A DNA stretch of 64,000 bases from a virus, in the IMG/VR virus record IMGVR_UViG_3300032235_000467; one strand, given 5' to 3'. The first letter of the stretch is position 1, and every line of letters begins with the position of its first letter. Positions 61,841-64,000 of the stretch are shown here, piece by piece. The notes below the pieces were generated by a model that was given only the letters and a program-made list of their open reading frames with translations, did not search any database and was not told where the DNA came from. Made by a program: the position numbers and the translations under genes.

Positions 61841-64000
61841 ATGACAGAACAAATTCTTTCTGCTGGAGTTTACTCCTACGAAAATGACCAGAGTTATTAT
61901 ACTCAAGGCACGGATGAGACGGGTTTAGCCCTTGTAGGACCTACTGAAAAGGGTTCTGCGTTCGTTCCTACAGACGTATCTAGCTACAGTCAATACACAG
62001 CTCTATTTGGAGAAGATCCTAATGTGTCTTATCTCCCACAAACTGCTTTCAACTACTTGCAAGCAGGAAATACCGTTAAAGTAACTCGTGTACTTGGTAA
62101 CGGTGGATTTTCATACAACTCTTCTAGGCCACTGGTAGCCATCACAAGTGGATCTTATATCCTTTCGGTATTGTATCCTACAAAAAATGATACACCTACT
62201 GTAGGTATTTCTGGTTCTATCACTGGAACTTTTAGTGCTTTCGGTGCTAAATTTCATGGATTTGGTGCTACAGGGGTAATAGGAACTGCATCTTTCAGTG
62301 CATCTTTAAATCCAACCTCTGCTACGTACATATCAAAAGTAATAGGATCAGACGAAAACTATGCAACTGGTTCAATATTCCCATATTTACTTTTTAGTAA
62401 CTTTATCACTGGAAGTGGCGCATTAGCTTCTACAGCAGACATAGGCGCTAAATTAGAATATCTTGCAGGTAATTGTGTATTCACTAGCTCTAATTCTAGC
62501 GGATATGATCATGCAATAACTCCTTGGGTTAATTCTGATAGCGGTGTTCCTTTGTTTAGGTTCCACCACAGGTCTGATGGTTTCAAAACTAACAGAGATG
62601 TTAAAGTATGTATATCTAACATCTCAGCCGGTGTTACCTCAACTGATTACTCTACATTTAGTGTTATAGTTCGTGCTTGGAATGATACAGACAGAGCTCC
62701 TTCTATCATAGAACAATACAATAATGTTTCATTAAACCCAGATGCTGCTAACTATATTGCAAAAGCAATAGGTGACAAGTATCAGGAATTTAATGAGACT
62801 TCTTTAAATGTATTAGAATACGGTGATTTTGCTAACGTGTCTAACTACATTCGTGTAGAAGTAGCAGGTGGAGTAGCTGGAAAAGCAACACATCCTCAGT
62901 TGTATCCAAATGGACACGCTGCATTGGTTGAGACTATAGCAGGATTTACTAGTAGAAACTTACCAGCAGCTCAAATGGTTCAAAGTACAGCTGCTAGCGC
63001 TACATATTCTGGGTTTAATTATGCAAATTCTGATAACTACAATTACTTAAATCCAATACCAACTGGTGCTGGTAACGGTCTCAATGTAGCATTTACTAAG
63101 CCAGTAGGAGATAACAAGTTTGTTCTTCCTTTCCAAGGCGGTACAGACGGTATAAACTACACAGTAATTAAAAAGTCAGGTGCTAATATTACAGCAGATA
63201 ACTTGTTCGGATATGATTTGACTAATAGCACAGCTCCTGGATCTGTTGCTTACATCAAAGCTTTGAATATCTTAGCTAATAAAGAACTATACAACTTTGA
63301 TCTCATAGTATTGCCAGGGGTTATTCAAGAATTACATGCAGGAGTAACAGCTGTAGCCCAAAGCACAGCAGAAGAGCGTACAGACTGTGTATATCTCCGT
63401 GACCTGACTACCCTCAACGCCTCTGTAGTAACAGCTATAAGCACAGCAGCTGGTCTTGATTCCAGCTATAGCGCTGCTTACTATCCTTGGATTAAAGTTC
63501 GCAGTGTAGGTAGCTCTAAAGATATCTACGTTCCACCAACAGTATTGGTTCCACAAGCATATGCCTACAATGATAAGGTAGCTGCTGAATGGTTCGCTCC
63601 TGCAGGTTTGAATCGTGGTGGTCTTGGTGGTGCAATCGACACTCGTATCCGTCTTACTAAGGCTGATAGAGACGCTCTATACAATGGTAGGGTTAACCCA
63701 ATCGCTAAATTCCAGAACACTGGAGTAGTAATCTGGGGTCAGAAGACTCTTCAAGTTAGAGATACAGCCCTTAACCGTATCAATGTACGTAGGTTGTTAA
63801 TCAATCTCCGTGAATACATCAGTGGTGTAGCTCTCAACTACGTGTTCGAGAACAACACTGCAGCTACTAGGAACAGATTGATCTCTGCTATCACCCCATA
63901 CATGGAGAATGTACAGTCTCGTCAAGGTCTGTATGCCTTCAGAATTGATATCAGCGACTCATTGAACACTAACGATGTAATCGATCGTAACCAGCTTGTA
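61841..64000 (+). CDS. Contractile tail sheath protein (gp18-like), truncated by the window end and absent from the ORF track
   Basis: Manual translation: MTEQILSAGVYSYEND...LVGPTEKG...; C-terminal YYPWIKV...VPPT...EWFAPAGLNRG...RVNPI...VIWGQKTLQ...ALNRINVRRLL...VFENN. Confidence 0.95.
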   Translation, partial: MTEQILSAGVYSYENDQSYYTQGTDETGLALVGPTEKGSAFVPTDVSSYSQYTALFGEDPNVSYLPQTAFNYLQAGNTVKVTRVLGNGGFSYNSSRPLVAITSGSYILSVLYPTKNDTPTVGISGSITGTFSAFGAKFHGFGATGVIGTASFSASLNPTSATYISKVIGSDENYATGSIFPYLLFSNFITGSGALASTADIGAKLEYLAGNCVFTSSNSSGYDHAITPWVNSDSGVPLFRFHHRSDGFKTNRDVKVCISNISAGVTSTDYSTFSVIVRAWNDTDRAPSIIEQYNNVSLNPDAANYIAKAIGDKYQEFNETSLNVLEYGDFANVSNYIRVEVAGGVAGKATHPQLYPNGHAALVETIAGFTSRNLPAAQMVQSTAASATYSGFNYANSDNYNYLNPIPTGAGNGLNVAFTKPVGDNKFVLPFQGGTDGINYTVIKKSGANITADNLFGYDLTNSTAPGSVAYIKALNILANKELYNFDLIVLPGVIQELHAGVTAVAQSTAEERTDCVYLRDLTTLNASVVTAISTAAGLDSSYSAAYYPWIKVRSVGSSKDIYVPPTVLVPQAYAYNDKVAAEWFAPAGLNRGGLGGAIDTRIRLTKADRDALYNGRVNPIAKFQNTGVVIWGQKTLQVRDTALNRINVRRLLINLREYISGVALNYVFENNTAATRNRLISAITPYMENVQSRQGLYAFRIDISDSLNTNDVIDRNQLV

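Noticed and set aside
63332-63556. 74-aa minus-strand ORF and other short antisense ORFs in the head region
   Set aside because: They lie antisense to well-supported genes (here the tail sheath) and have no recognisable features.
1-64000. tRNA, rRNA, integrase or transposase genes
   Set aside because: None recognised. Intergenic gaps are mostly too short and AT-rich, but a tRNAscan/Infernal run was not possible.

Overview
This window is the virion-morphogenesis region of a large, AT-rich, T4-like (contractile-tailed) bacteriophage. Essentially all real genes are on the + strand and the standard genetic code fits. Order: a cluster of probable internal head, lysis and small accessory genes (1-7980); terminase large subunit, portal, prohead protease, scaffold and major capsid protein; PhoH; neck and head-tail joining genes; a ~36 kb fibre/appendage module; and the tail sheath gene (61841 to the window end), which the ORF track missed. 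A-rich translation starts without Shine-Dalgarno sequences and TAnnTTTG boxes suggest a Bacteroidota host (inference). The most striking element is in the fibre module. Three giant proteins (3698, 1879 and 1566 aa) are built from proline-free Gly-Ser/Thr-Ser/Thr triplet tracts separated by a shared ~110 aa module. Embedded among them is a three-gene glycosylation cassette: GT4 plus two FkbM methyltransferase domains, a DxD GT-A-like protein, and GT4 fused to a TibC/Aah-type protein O-heptosyltransferase-like domain with its four Fe-binding cysteines. I infer a phage-encoded protein O-glycosylation system that coats very long Ser/Thr-rich virion fibres. Other signals: a recurrent ATATTTAT(A/T) intergenic motif (probable late promoter, the reverse complement of T4 TATAAATA), a shared N-terminal MKLxxhhxE capsid-targeting-like tag, structured 5' leaders and a tandem triplet of paralogous fibre-tip genes. 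All family assignments come from motif recognition by eye; no database search was run.
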